From contig OZ365113.1 in the NCBI GenBank assembly GCA_977030845.1, positions 14,942,001-15,006,000 on the forward strand: a stretch of DNA of 64,000 bases, written 5' to 3'. The stretch comes from Fimbriosthenelais zetlandica (Eukaryota). The translations under genes and the position numbers were made by a program. Below are positions 12,175 to 24,600 of the stretch, piece after piece; the stretch's first letter is position 1; each line of letters begins with the position of its first letter. The notes below the pieces were generated by a model. The model saw only the letters and a list, made by a program, of their open reading frames with translations, made no database searches and was not told where the DNA came from.

Positions 12175-15100
12175 ATGCATCAGAAAGGTAGCAATCCTCA
12201 AGATGGCAAAATGGAAGCAGGTACTCTTGATTCGAAAAAAACAACAGAGGCAAATGAAGTGGAAGACGAACCTGAAGATCCATGGGCAATAACAGACACT
12301 ATCATACCAACTGTTCCTTGGAGTGGTATGTAACTGTTACTCTTTTTAAAACGGGATTTGCAGGTTTGTATGGCCTGTGCCGATTTCACTCCAGCTCTAT
12401 TCGTCCAGATTTTAGAAGGATGGAGTGATTTGGACCTATGATCATAACATAAACGCTTACACCACAGGAGCGAAGTAAAGCTGAAGTTTTACTTTTCATT
12501 CCAGAATTATCGACTGCTGGTAAGGTTCATCGTGTATTATGGGAATATATTGGTCGTGCCTTGACACTTTTATGTCTACTTTATTTGTTCATTTGCTCCA
12601 TCAATTTGCTCAGCTCCGGGTTTCAAGCACTAGGAGGTGAGATGCATTTGCCTATTTTTCGACTTATAATTTTGAATAAAATGGTATAAATATATGGATT
12701 CTATTTGAGGGCATTATGTTTTACACTTAATTATTATTGCAGGTAAAGCGGCTGGAAAAATCTTTCAGAACAACAAACTCTTGTCTAATCCCATTTGCGG
12801 AATCATGATTGGTGTACTTGTTACAGTTTTAGTTCAGAGTTCTTCCACGTCCACCTCCATCGTTGTGACCATGGTATCTGCTAAAAGTATGTCTGATCGC
12901 TATCCATGCCAAATAATAATTCCTAATTTATACATATTGTTATTGGCGTTATGTGTTATGTGTGTCTATAATCAGTTTCAGTCTCCTGATTCAATGCAAT
13001 ACTTTTCTTTTAGTTTTGATGGTTGAACAAGCAGTTTACATAATCATGGGAGCTAATATTGGTACATCAGTCACCAATACCATTGTCTCTATGGGACAAT
13101 CTGCAAACAAGAATGAGTTTCGTCGAGCTTTTGGGGGTGCGACTGTCCACGACATGTTTAACTGGTTGTCGGTGCTGGTGATACTACCCATAGAGGCAGC
13201 CACAAGTAAGGGCACTACAACGTGTGTTTCTTTATGCATATAGTTCTATGATCTGCACCAATAAGTGGTCACAAATACAATGATCGTGACCTTAAAATAG
13301 TTAAATTCAGATTGATGTACATATATATATCTTTTATCCAGAAAAAAGTTATAGGTCTTAAAAATTTGACTTCGATCTTCTAGATTATCTTGTGAAGATG
13401 ACGAATGCAATGCTCCCTGAGAATTTAGATACAAGAGGAACCAAGGTCAAGTTCTTGAATGTCATTATCGAACCTTTCACAAAGCTCATTATTCAGGTCA
13501 GTATACATACTATTATATTGTGTAAGGTATACAATGTGTTAAAACTAAAGTCCTATGATGGGATGGCATCGAATTAACCTAAATATTATGACTATGGAAT
13601 TGTATATTGAATTACAGATAAATAAAGAGGCAATAGAAGAATCAGCAAAAGGCAATATCGACATCCCAGTTGTGAAGAGGTACTGCAAATTTGAGGAGAG
13701 ATGGATTGGACAAGAAAATGTAACAAAGGAAATTGAAGAAGACATTGGAAATAACATGACAATAACCAGAAACATTACAGTGTTACAGAATATAACGATC
13801 TCTGAGGGAATCGAAAGATGTAAGCTCCAGAGTTTTCTCTATCCTTTCTTTCCCAACACACATAGGCCTGTATGTGTGCAGTTAAAACAATTTCAACAGT
13901 ATTTTTGGGCAGTTTCAAATGAAATATATGTTAATTTAGCTATAATTAAGATATCTGAAGGTCAGGCCTAATCACAATTGCTATAAAGTTATTTTCCTAG
14001 GTAGTTCTGACCTTAGATACACATGTAGTTGATTTCACTACAAATTTCAGCTGACTGATGTCTCAGTAGAGGGAAATCAATTCCTAAACATGATAAGTCA
14101 GAGTGAGAGATTCATGAGAGTCAGTCATCTCTAGCGAGTATGATGTCATAGGATGTTGCACGGTGTTGGTTAGCCAATCAGAATGAACAACACAGGGGGC
14201 GCCACTGAGCTAAGACTGGACCCCTGTGTAGAAAAATGGAAATGCACCAACCCCTTCCTTATTCTGATTGGCTAACCAACACCAGGTGACATCATGAGAC
14301 ATCATTCTTGCTAAAAGATGGCTGCCCTTTAACTGGGGTGGGGCGACTTATCATGTTTAGGAATTGAATTTTCTCCCCTGAGACATCAGCCACTTGTAAT
14401 TTGTAGTGAAATCAACTATCTAAGGTCTAAATTGTAAAATATCTTTATACCCTGTGCTTCTAATCCCTTTATGTATGAGATTCACCGGCCGGCTGCAGTG
14501 TTGCCACATTCTAAACTTTAAACTAACTATAAGGCTTTATCTTTCTTTCCCCCAGGCAACGCACTCTTCTCACAAGTGGACTGGTCAGATGCTGCGATTG
14601 GAGGTATTGTCCTGTCTGTATCTCTCATTACCCTGACTTTATGCCTAGTAGGCATAGTTAAACTTCTCCAGTCCATGCTCAAAGGTAAAGTCTCGTCGCT
14701 TATCAAGAAAGTAGTCAATGCCAACTTCCCAGGTTATCTTTCATTCCTGACAGGCTATGTAGCCATGGTTGTAGGAGCAGGCCTCACAATTCTGGTTCAA
14801 AGCAGTTCCATTTTCACCTCCACACTCACCCCACTAGTAGGTATAGGTATGGTCAGCCTTGAACGGATGTACCCTCTCACCTTGGGGTCAAATATTGGTA
14901 CGACTGGAACAGGCATCATTGCAGCAATGGCCACGTCTGGAACCAAACTCAGACCGGGGTTACAGATAGCTTTGTGCCATTTAATGTTCAATATAACTGG
15001 AATTGTTCTGTGGTATCCCATACCACCAATGAGGAAGGTCCCCATAAATTTAGCGAAATCTTTGGGTAACATCACTGCTGAATATCGATGGTTTGCAATA

Positions 15101-15532
15101 TTTTACATCATTTTAGTCTTTTTCATTGTACCAGCAATCGTCATGGGTCTGTCTTTAATCAGTCTCTATCTTTTACTGGGGGTTGGTTTGCCCATTATCG
15201 TTATGATTATTTTTGTTATCGTTGTCAATGTCCTACAAAACAAGAAACCAAGTGCATTGCCCAAATGTTTGCGGTCGTGGCAGTGGCTTCCAGAGTGGAT
15301 GCGGTCTTTGCGCCCACTTGACAGCCTGTTTAGCAAATGCTTCCCCTGTAGATGTTGCGATAACATATTCCAGCGTACCAGGGAAGATGATGAATCCGAA
15401 ACTATCGACGTTGGATTAAACGAGAAATCAGCATCTAATGTGATTGACAATGGGTCAGACACAGAGGTTACTATAAATGCTGGCTACACCAATGCCGCCT
15501 TTATAGCCGAAAAGCAATCCACAGATTTTTGA
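12175..15532 (+). CDS. SLC34A: Sodium-dependent phosphate cotransporter, type II (NaPi-II / SLC34 family), ~636 aa from the first in-frame ATG
   Basis: join(12175..12325,12505..12636,12743..12886,13014..13205,13384..13496,13618..13819,14556..15532), 1911 nt, phases consistent. It contains EDPW, both QSSS repeats ([10 protein letters not shown] and [10 protein letters not shown]), both GANIGT/GSNIGT motifs, a loop with several N-x-T sequons, the Cys cluster KCFPCRCCD and C-terminal STDF. The true start may lie in an upstream exon. Confidence 0.96.
13985..14428. mobile_element. Fold-back MITE, copy A (SLC34 intron 6)
   Basis: About 180-bp imperfect inverted arms (GACCTTAGATA..GATTTCACTACAAAT..TTCCTAAACATGATA..GTTGGTTAGCCAATCAGAAT versus their reverse complement at ~14265-14428) flank a short spacer. 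It is homologous along its length to 42381-42931. Confidence 0.85.
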
Positions 15533-17449
15533 AGCGAATTTTTCTTTTTCTTTCCAATGCCGGTGATCAGATAAGCAAAAGACACAAACTGACGACACAG
15601 TAGCCTATAGATACATATCGACAATACTATATTTTCATTCCGCATTGTATATATTGATATTTGTTTTGATAAAAGGTGCTTGTATACAGTTCTGTTTCTC
15701 TAAGTTGTAAATTTATACATGCAAAGAACATGTAAATAAATCTTATTTTATATCGAACTCTTATCCTATTATCTTATTGCTTGTTAGACGTTATACATTT
15801 TAACCAAAGAAATTATATGAAGACTGAGAACTGGATTTTTTAGTCTTTTTTTATTCAGGCAGTGTCGTAGGAGCAGGTCAACGCTTCCAAATTGACTCTT
15901 TTTATTTCTGAAGTACATGAATAGCAAACTATATTAAAGTATCTTCTCTCATTCACCATCAGATCAGCATGTCTAGTAGTGATAACATTTCTCACTGTTA
16001 GACCTTCCTCAAACTGCCTCCAACAATCTCGTTTCGACTCAAACTGGTCGCAATAAAACATGAAGAATCTATATTTTAATAATTATGTAACATAGATACA
16101 TGGCATATAGAAAAAGCTGATGAACCATTAGGTGAACGTAAACGTTAACATTACATGAACGCCTTAAGGCTCACTGTCGCCAACGTGTGGATAAGAAAGA
16201 AAACATCATTTTCCATTGGATTAGAGAAGCAAGTTTGAATGACCATGGATAGTTTGTCTCGTGACTGGGTCCCTGACAACCATTCACAAGTTATTGTGAT
16301 ACCATTATTTGGGGCAGTAATAAAGGTATACAATCTCTTATGATGGCTCCAACATTCATAAATGAAAACCAAATGAACTTTCATCGCGTAACCGATAAAC
16401 TTTCTCTCTTTTTGATCACATATAGAGCAGACATGAATTGCACTAAATCATCCTCATGATAAAGCAATTGTTTTTTTGCTGTTTTTCATTTTTCACCACA
16501 AAAGGGCAGTTCATTTTCGCATATGGCCTTTGTGGTCACCACATGCACATTGTCCGGATCAAACATATCTTAATAGTGTGTAGTGTGCAAAAACAGCTTC
16601 CGCAGGGACCGGAACATAATGTATGCAGACATCGATTGGAGTAATGAAAGACACGGTAGTAAAATGATTGTGTTCATAACATCCGATACACAGACTGTGT
16701 TTGGATGTGATGCACAAAGCGAAAGCAAAGGCTTCGTCATTTGCCTTGGTCTGCACCAAGCTCAATCTCGACTCATTATTGGTGAAATGTTAACGAGTCG
16801 AGTTGCAAGCATGATACTCATCATTGGCATTTTCCATCGTTCGATAGCAGGATTCTTTTCAATAAATCTCATTGAAATATATCATTTTCACTTCTATAAT
16901 CTTCGTGCGTCCTGTGGCATAAACACAATCCTTTCCAAGTATTCCCTCAACGCCAACAAGGGAAACCGGAGGATGGCGCGGACGGTTCATAGTATTTGTA
17001 GGTTTGTCATTCCTTCGGTAATGTCCTAGTTTCCATGAACTCCTGTTATTACTAAGGAGTGACAATGTCGTGTTCACAATATTTCTTTCATAAAATGTCT
17101 CACTGTATACATAGGCATAGGAACTTTTATAGCCTCCTGTATATAAAACCTTGGCAGACATATAATGGGGCTGCTTTAATCCCTGTGACATTTCCAAGCA
17201 TTGGTCTTGTTATTCACTGCCTACCAAGGTGTGTTCTTCCTGGGCTTAGTATCAAGCCCATTTGTATATTGTCCTTCTTTTTGCAGAAGAATCATTATCT
17301 AAAACAATGTCCTCAAACAAATTTTCACTTTCCAAGCAGTCAGGATTTTTTACTTAAAAAAGTACAGATTTTAGAGATCAAAGTCCAGGGGAAATCCGGG
17401 TCGTCATCCAATTGCAGACGTCACACACTTGAGACATATGACGTCAGAC

Positions 17450-17641
17450 CTAGTAGTAGATACGTCTATGGTGATGATAACGAGGGGAGTAGACGATACG
17501 TTCCGAATAGTGATGATAAGGGCGAGAGGTAGGCCTACGTGGTGATCCAAGGGACTTAGTAGTAAGGGGATCCCTTAACAGCAGGGTGACGAAGCCAATC
17601 GGTGACCACCACGTCTCTGGAAAGTGGGTGGGAAATCTAGG
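17450..17641 (-). CDS. Alternative terminal exon B of the uncharacterised minus-strand gene (63 aa)
   Basis: Acceptor AGTTTCAG|CCT. Phase 0 gives PRFPTHFPETWWSPIGFVTLLLRDPLTTKSLGSPRRPTSRPYHHYSERIVYSPRYHHHRRIYY*, with the same composition as the upstream exons. Its WSPIG motif is shared with exon 33710..33456. Confidence 0.55.
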   Translation of the reverse strand, partial: PRFPTHFPETWWSPIGFVTLLLRDPLTTKSLGSPRRPTSRPYHHYSERIVYSPRYHHHRRIYY

Positions 17642-18645
17642 CTGAAACTTTTATTCGGAGAATGGTTAAAATCATGTTGCAATAAAAGCGTAAAGACTCA
17701 AACAGGACGCAAAATTGGAGTCATCTAGTTTAAATTGTGATGCATTGTTTCATAAAATTCACCACAGCTGCAAACTTTCCCAAACACTTGTCATTTGTTA
17801 ATATCCGACAAGAGATGATTAATCTCGTGAAACATTGTTGACTTCTGCAATTTCTCAGTATACAAAGTTCACAATTTAGGCCTACGTTAAATGTAATGGT
17901 TACAGATCATACTTGTTTCGAATTCCGGTTGACTACATTACAAGCGAATCTCCAAGAAAAAAATCTAAAAGCTATAGATAAAAAGAGCCTCTATCATTGA
18001 CGTTCATAAGGAGAATATAGAATGTCACACCATTATGTATAAAGCCTAGATTACAAAAGAGAAATTGATAGAAAAATGGAGACACTTACCTAAGTAGATT
18101 ACAAAGTCGAGATACAAAAAAAAGACATTTTACATGCAGGAAATCCTTAGAGAATTATCGTTTTAGATACAAGTAAGGATTTTACAACAGTTCCTGTTAC
18201 ATAAAACATGGCCTCATTATTTTTACAGGTACCGTGGCACACTTATAAATGCACAGGAAAGGTATAGTTATACAGAACGTATCATTAAACCGATAGAGAA
18301 ATGGCAGATTAATTGGCATATACCACGCTGATAAACACACGAACAAAAAAATAGGATTACACAAAGCTTCAAAAATAGCATCTCTCAGTCCCATCGCATC
18401 CTCACAGCGGTACATTATACTTTGGCACGCCAAACTCATGAGAAAATAGACAAAATGGTTTCCTCACCTCAAATACCAAAATGTTAACCAAGAGGACAAA
18501 CTTATGCGTGTTAAGTAGTCAATGGTAAAGAATTATAATGAAGGAAAAGATAGGAAATGTGAGACCATGTATGCATGGTATATGTAGAGAAGACTGTCAT
18601 CACACTGTGCTTTACTTACCGAAGTGTGGGTAGTTGTAGAGATGT

Positions 18646-21600
18646 TTAATAATCGTAGTAGCCGGGGTCACCCTTTGTCTTACATAGTACCTCACGGGCC
18701 CTCTTCCTAGCTTCCGATAGAGGAGGGCGCCGAGGCGGCCCCTATAATGGGAAGGGAAATTGGCAAAGTGGTCGTTACGTACTATGTATTACATGGGTTA
18801 ACATACGCTGATCGATTATAAAAGCATAATCTACATTGATGCCTATCATACTTTGCATATGTCTTACATTTCTGCTTAAATGATTACATTACTTATTTTG
18901 TATCTGGGATACTTTGAAGTGAGGTCACATATTGATTATTTAACATCATTACGTTGACGTTATTATTGTTCTTCATTCAGAAATATAGATCTTTATACAT
19001 CTGCTAAAATTTCATAATTACAATAACAACAATATTTATAATATCGAAAATACTAGGTACCAGGCATGCTACCAGTATGGGTCATTCTCATGCCTTGAAA
19101 ATGTACTACAGAGTATTTCTTTTAAACATCATTCCTTGTCATGAAAGGTAACAACTATGACCATGCGATGAACATTTGGTGTTTTGCAAAGCATTAGATT
19201 TGTGAGCCTCAGCTTAAATACCGTTTCATAACGTGCAGATCAGTTAAACGTATGGGCCAAAATGAAAAAATGTAAACTATTGAACAAGAATGAAACTGAA
19301 TATTTTTGAAAGAAATGTTAAACACTTAGTAAATACTAAACATAGAGCCATGCTGCTTTGTATCGCACAAAACCCTGGTTTTCTGTAATAATCAATTTAA
19401 GGATTTACCAACAATATTACACTACATGGTTATTTTTTGGCCTACCGTTTGGGCAGTAGCAGATGCTTCTTGTCTTTTCTAACAACATTCTTCATTTGAT
19501 TCTGCCTACTTGGCTCTGTTGCAAAATATGAGGCTGCTTCACAAAACGTTCATCACATGATCACAAACAGTCACGTGACGCCAACGAGTGCCATCACGTG
19601 ATCACCTCTCACGACAGGTCATTTTTCCACACAGAACATTTGGATATAGATAACCGTTTCGGCATTCTATTAGGGTCACACTATCTTTTACAAATGCTGC
19701 CACATAGATAAGGCATACAAAAGAGGTGTACATCAAGTACAAAGGGTGTAGGTGTTTGAGAAGGAAAAGTAACATGAAGGATCTTTTTATACTCTCCGGG
19801 AGCTTCTTAATCATTAATTTCAGGAACACACGTAACCTGCACCTATAGGCCTAGGCCTACTGGTTCAAAGTGGGACGGTAGGCTACAAAATATTATAGAG
19901 AGCTACTTATACTAGCCCTAAATTGGAAGAGAAATTTATTTGGTATAAAATTCGGCCAAGAAATCTTATTATGCCTATAAGAGGTAGCCATGCTAGGAAA
20001 AAATCTAACACTGGCAGGTTACGTTTGTCCCTGATCACCTTGAGGCATCCCGACTGTGTGACAAAATGAACCTAAGACACTCGGAAGTTTATAGGCCTAC
20101 ATTCAACACATATTATAGAATGGGTTGTATAGTTCATGAGAGAAGATTTCAGGTAGGAGAAACACACACCAAACTAAAGATTATAATCCATCTAGGAGAA
20201 AAGTAGGCTATCAATGGTGGCATCAAATGATCATTGGTACAGCTTTTTAAAAAGGGATTAGAAAGATAAATTAACATATATAGGAGAGATAAGAGAAGAA
20301 GTAATAGTAATAAAGGGTCTATATATCATAGGAATACAGGTGACATTCAAGAAAACACAACATGTGGAGGGAAGACGTCGGAGAGAGAGAGTGACGCGCC
20401 GGTTGCATGTGAGTATGTGACGTCATGGATAGTTGTGCACTACTTCATGGATGTACGGCTTACCCTCTCGACCTTGGTGGGGGTTGATGGCAGACTCATC
20501 CTTCGCCCAGTGGAGACGGGTGCTGGTCTATAAGATGGTGTATAGGACGGTGCTGGAGTGGTGTGAACAGGAGCTGGGCGGTAACGCTCAAGTTGCGGCA
20601 TTCTAAATTGAAACACCCCCCAGAACAGGAAAACATTAAGGCATCCCTAAAAATTAACATGGCCTTTCGAACACACAACTGGTACAGGGGATTATATCTT
20701 AGAAATTATAGGAATAAAAAATAGCAAATAATAACTGAATTCTGTGTTGGAAGAATTGGCCATATTGTTGGCAATTAAGAAAATTAATAATGGCAATAAA
20801 TGAACTTAATGAATAAGAATAGGGAAAACATATTAGGCCTTTATATTATAGGCGTACTGGAGTTAAAGAATAAACTTGTGAACCAAAATCGGAGAATGAT
20901 AAATAATGGGCTAAATTAACAGCAGAAAATAATAATTGGACCCTGTACCAGGGAGTCCGATTTAAAGAAGAAATGCTACGAACCTTTTTCCCAGAGTTTT
21001 CTTGCGATACATGCTAGCTATAGTACAGGCCTATAGGCCCATCTAGGCACGAAGCATCATCAGTATAGTAGGCTAATGCAAAGCAGAGAATTCCGTGGAA
21101 TTCTATATAGGTTGTCATTCAAGCTTAGATTTGTTCCATTAAGGCCAAAACTGAGATGGCTCCAAAGATCGTTTGTCAAAAACCATTTCATTTTGTTTCG
21201 ACTTTTTGACAAAATTCCAGAACCTTACATCCGATTTCAGGAGAATTTCGGCCTTGTATCATACAGGCAATTTAGGGCAATATTAAATAGCGTCATAAAT
21301 CTTTTTACATTTTATTTCTATTCAAACACATACTTTATATCTGATGTTCTAATACTCTCAAGACCTAAGTGTTATAGCAAACAAGTCTTTCGGAACAAAC
21401 CTCACTCAATAAGTATTTAGGTTCATTTAAGAGTAATAATATTCATCACACTTTCAATGGGTTCCCTGGGAAAATATATATATATGAATCATAATTCTAA
21501 TGGATCAAGCAATACTCTCTTTAAGTTTCACAAATTGAATTCTTATACAAACTAACTAATGGAACTAGTCTATGTTTGATAGTAACGGGTAAAAGGATGT

Positions 21601-24600
21601 TGGTGTGACCAATGCGGGGGTGCAACAAAGGCAATGATTAAGCGGCCAACAGTCTAGGCTAGTTAACATGTTGAATTAATCAACATCTGGATGCCATTGA
21701 CAAAACATTACCAAGGCATGCGGTAAATGTCGAATGTGGAGTGCAGATGGCATTTTGGGACTGATTTTCTGAAGCCGATAATAAAAAAAATTACAAACGA
21801 AAGAAATTATGCATAATTAGGGAGCGAGGAACAATAAATCAGTTCATTATTGAAAGTACTATAAACAAAAATACTTTTGAATATGGTGCTCTTTGGGTCA
21901 AGCGCTCAAATTAAGACAAGACGGTGAGGTATCCAGAATTTAATGGATAACCAAATAATCAAGCATCTCAGCTACCTTTTGAAGGGTTTACCCAGTGAGA
22001 GCGCTGCATACCAACTGATGCCTTGCTGGAGGCACCAATAATGTTTTCATTGGCACATTTTGTGCAAGCAGCTTTCAGAGTGGTAATTTTGAAAATGGAG
22101 CACAAGCTCTCTTTTTTTATCTTTTTTTTCTGTTATGGATTGCTCGAAGCAGAAAAAATAATAATAGAAATGATTGTGTTGGTCGATATCCCGCACACCA
22201 ACATCCTTTCATTTACCGGGTGTACCTGGCGGCCAGCTCGTCATATTTTTGTTCCACTTCATACCCAACATCCGGTTCCGGTCCCAGGTGAACGGGGAGG
22301 TAGCGGTCCAGCATCACCCTATGGTGGTCCATCTTGTTACGGGCATCAACAGCCCTCGAACGGAGCCCGGCATAGGACGAGTATCGATCAGGGACGATCA
22401 TAGACTCCAGTCGCGACTGAAATTGGTAACATTTTTTGTTATGTATGTATTGAAATAAAAGGTCAAGTATATGAAAGCTATAAATCAAATGAAAGCTATA
22501 ATTGATAGATGGTTGAAAAAATATTCAAATATTCAAGAAGCAATATTTAGTTAGAGTTCTTTTCCTAGTTATAACATTGAACAATATAGCTTTCAGGCGT
22601 AGTTTTTAGTTCAATTCATCAATTTTCATTCATAAGCCATTGGTTATGGTATAACTATTTGGAATTCCCATGAGTTCCATGAAGGAGGCAGAGATAGGCC
22701 GATCAGACTAATGAGAAATGTATCAGAACTGCGTGGGCGTATGTCTGCTGAGCCAACGAAAGAATGTGCAAGCAAAATATAAAGCTTCTCCAGCGTTTTT
22801 AAAATTGTTGCCATGTTCACAAAATTGTACAATATGGACAATATAAAGAAGAGCATTATGTCTAGATAGAACATTCAGCGATAAACCTGTGAAAGAGATA
22901 CATTTATGAAAGCCACATGCAGAGGTAGACTTGCACATCATAGGATCATAATGCAAAATAAAGTAATAAATAGTCATTTGATAATAAATTCAAAAGAAAC
23001 AAAAAAGTAATAACAAAATCTTCTCCTCACATGCAAAAGAATTTTCGAAATTAAAGAGTAATGATAAAAGCTGCAATTCAAAATCAGCGCCAGGTCAAAG
23101 GGCTCTTTGTCGGCAATGACCAAGGCCCCTGAAGACAGTCAAAATGGGGAAAATGACGAATGCACCAGCTGACCAGGAAATCAGAAACAAACACTGCTTG
23201 GCCACAGATCCTCTCTTGTGGCTACTGACCTCAATGTCCGCCGCCCTTGAGTATCGGGGGAGGCTAGGAGAACGCGGGACTGTCGTTACATGGACAGGTG
23301 CGGGGCGGTAGTAGGAAGAAACACTATCAACCTGAAAACATGTGAAATCATCCAGGAAATCAATTTCTTATCTATTAGAACACAATATACCCATACCACC
23401 CACGTTATCTACAAGGCTTATATACGAGTGTGTTAACAATTAATAGGGGCGGGCCTAACTTTGTTCCATTAACTGTCCATATACTGGGCGAGTTCTCTAT
23501 GATATAAAAATGAGTTGCCACTGGGTTAGAATCTGAATTTCTCTGTGTTACTGACGTCTTTTCGCTATAGAGCCATAAGATGTTAGAACAGATCGCTTTT
23601 CAATGGTAGAGGCCTAAAACATCAGGTCAAGCCAAAGCCACAAACCTTGTAATATAAACAAATGTTTATGTGATCATTTTATTATTATTATCCTATATTT
23701 TAATACTTGTATTGCATGGGAGCCTTAGTAATATATACCTTTATTATGAGAAAGATCTCAGACCCAACATATCCACATTATAAGAATAATATTCACGGGG
23801 CAAAAACCCACCAAATAACCCTAGGTACCTGTGCAAGTTCTATAACGTGGAGGTCTGACTGTGGGAGGCTTGTGGAGGTGGAAACCTGAGAGGTCTAGTA
23901 TTTATAGGAAGTCCATAGTCAGGAGCTCCAAGACTTCCCAGCAAAGAAGTAATGTACATCTACCAGTAAACTATAGGACGCCAACTCTTGTGGTAGAATG
24001 GCACTCAGTGAGCCTATGATCATAATGGTGGATAATTGTATTTATTCTCCAGCAGCCAGGAGGCTATAATAGCCATATGGTTAAGCTGGTACAGTTGGGT
24101 GTTTTGAAATACAGAGCATACAGGCCCCATGGAAATCTCCATGTGCACAGACATTCAGTCCATAAAACTTCACATGTACAGTTAATACAAATTGGACTTC
24201 CATCTTCATGTCCTTTCCCCAGTGATATGGTTAAATTTAGCAGGAGGGATTACTATCATTTTGCCAAGAGATCCACGATATAGTTCGAACAGTTATCGAC
24301 ACAAAATGTAATGCTGAAAAATCCCCTCAGTCACAATCAGGCTTTCTGCTACTTTTTGATTTCTTAAATTACCTCTGAAAAGGACATAGTGGATCTATAG
24401 CAAGTTCCCTCCAAAACATCTAAGCAGTGTTAAGCCTATGATTAATATTCGATTTGAAATGAGCTCTTGGAGGTGGAAACCCGAAATAGGTCTACACTGA
24501 TTTGCTTTGGTATATCAATAAATAGATGCTGGAACTGCAAACACATAATGTTACAGTAAGGATGGTAATCGCAACAGAGGTTGTTTCCTATCTAAATACC

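Noticed and set aside
16559-17532. ORFs of 68-157 aa on both strands
   Set aside because: No recognisable protein features. The region is better explained as the 3'UTR and exon B of the minus-strand gene.
18620-18740. Second open frame through exon A (GRLGALLYRK...YNYPHF)
   Set aside because: The upstream exon ends in phase 0, and no donor of the phase needed to enter this frame was found.
18741-18750. Perfect CArG box CCTATAATGG
   Set aside because: It coincides with the splice acceptor of exon A (CCATTATAG|G), so it is explained by splicing constraints.
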